Shown piece by piece: positions 62,707-64,000 of a DNA stretch of 64,000 nucleotides (position 1 is the stretch's first letter; each line of letters opens with the position of its first letter). This DNA comes from Takakia lepidozioides (taxonomy: Eukaryota; Plantae; Bryophyta), in NCBI GenBank assembly GCA_030704615.1, contig CM060732.1, positions 2,294,001-2,358,000 of the forward strand, in the 5' to 3' direction. A program made the position numbers and the translations under genes. The notes under the pieces were generated by a model that worked only from the letters and a program-made list of their open reading frames with translations, did no database searches and was not told the DNA's origin.

Positions 62707-64000
62707 GTTTGCACGTTCAGATCTAGGTGTAGTTGGAGTTACACCAATTGGTTCGGCAATTTTATGTGCTTCCATGTCTTCTACCTCAAACAACTGATCC
62801 ATTAGATTTGGAAAATGATGTCTATAGGTTCTTGGCTGATCGCTTCCAATATGTGTAGAAGATGTAGTGCCAACATGGATACTTGAATTCATCATAGTCA
62901 CAATTATGGTAGTTGTAGGGGTGGTCATTCACTCATGAGGTCTCACATGTGAGGTGGATTGAATGTAGGATGATTGCCTTGAAATTCTGCGATGAGATCA
63001 TAGAACTCTTTCTTGAATCCTGAGGTGTCATCTTTCAATAGCCAGATGATCTAGTGGACTATTGGTTGCCTTTTATTTTCTTGAAAATTTCCCAAAAGGT
63101 TTGCCCTTTCTCTTTAAAATTTTCTGCAGTTCTTAGTGGAGAGCAACATGACCATCATTGAACAAATGGTCCACTTTTCCTCCTCTTTTCATCAGCAAGA
63201 TCAATACAATCTTTGCATTGGATATACTCCATCTGCCTTGATGAGACATGCTGCAAAGCTTGCATAAGATATATCGGTCTCTACTCGACTGGGGATGTTC
63301 AAAATGTTGAGATGAAATCTGCAAAATTAAACAAAGAAGCACTCAAATGCCACCAATCTACTCGCACTCTTGACAAAGGTAAAATTTAAAATATTTACTG
63401 TACTGACAGATATTTGTGTTTATCCTGTAGTGCATCATGGTAAATAGATTGGTGTTTTTCTAAAGACACCTGACTAGCAGATATTATGAACCCCCATATT
63501 ACAAAGAACAGATACTTCATGGGGGTTACAGATATCTTGGCATCTAGCTGCAAGGTATTTGGAGGTATTGTGAATGGCATTTAATTTGACCTACAACTAT
63601 ATGAGATATAGCTGCTCGTGTGAATGAAGCCTGAGTAGATATAAATTTAGTGAATTGAATAAATTTTAACTCAAAAGGAGAACACTCAAACTTAATTTGA
63701 CTTGAGTTAGTTCCTAATATGAAAAGGTTCCCTGTCATGGAGCTGCCTGCAGTCATGTCTTTCAACAAGCTGCCACGTCAGTACTAGATTGAACTTAACT
63801 TCATAAGCGAAATGACTTGGACAACTTACCTTTGAAGGAAAAGAACACTCCTATCATACAAAATTTTAGACCCATGTACACTTAACATAATGATGCAGAA
63901 TTCTCAAGTGAAAAAAATTCTCTTGAAACTTCCCCTATTTTTGGCTGTGGTCAAATTGCATTCGCAACCAGGGCTCATCAAATTCTAGGTAGAAAGCTTA

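Noticed and set aside
62710-64000. Possible decayed coding sequence on the minus strand
   Set aside because: Many stops and no recognisable motif; it cannot be supported.

Overview
Eukaryotic land-plant nuclear DNA, probably a non-seed plant (inferred from the plant-type CDC27, PLS-class PPR motifs and the retroelement types). There is one apparently intact host gene, CDC27/APC3 (+, 17 coding exons, 12718-33593, about 784 aa), and its introns are packed with one LINE family. Upstream lie a chromovirus Ty3/gypsy 3' half with its LTR, a hAT non-autonomous element and a full-length piggyBac (TTAA, 15-bp TIRs, single nonsense codon). Downstream is a nested stack. A dUTPase-like-bearing Ty3/gypsy element (about 36.3-61.5 kb) is split by a CACTA element (41952-59202) carrying PPR gene fragments. 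The PPR array is in turn split by a 10.3-kb retroelement (46271-56616, minus strand). That retroelement is the highlight. It encodes Gag, protease, a DNMT3-like cytosine methyltransferase, a DDE integrase and a PHD finger, and its RT/RNase H is deleted. Instead of two ordinary LTRs it has split, permuted repeats (B-internal-A-gc-B-A) with a palindromic GACAGCTGTC junction and a self-complementary primer site.
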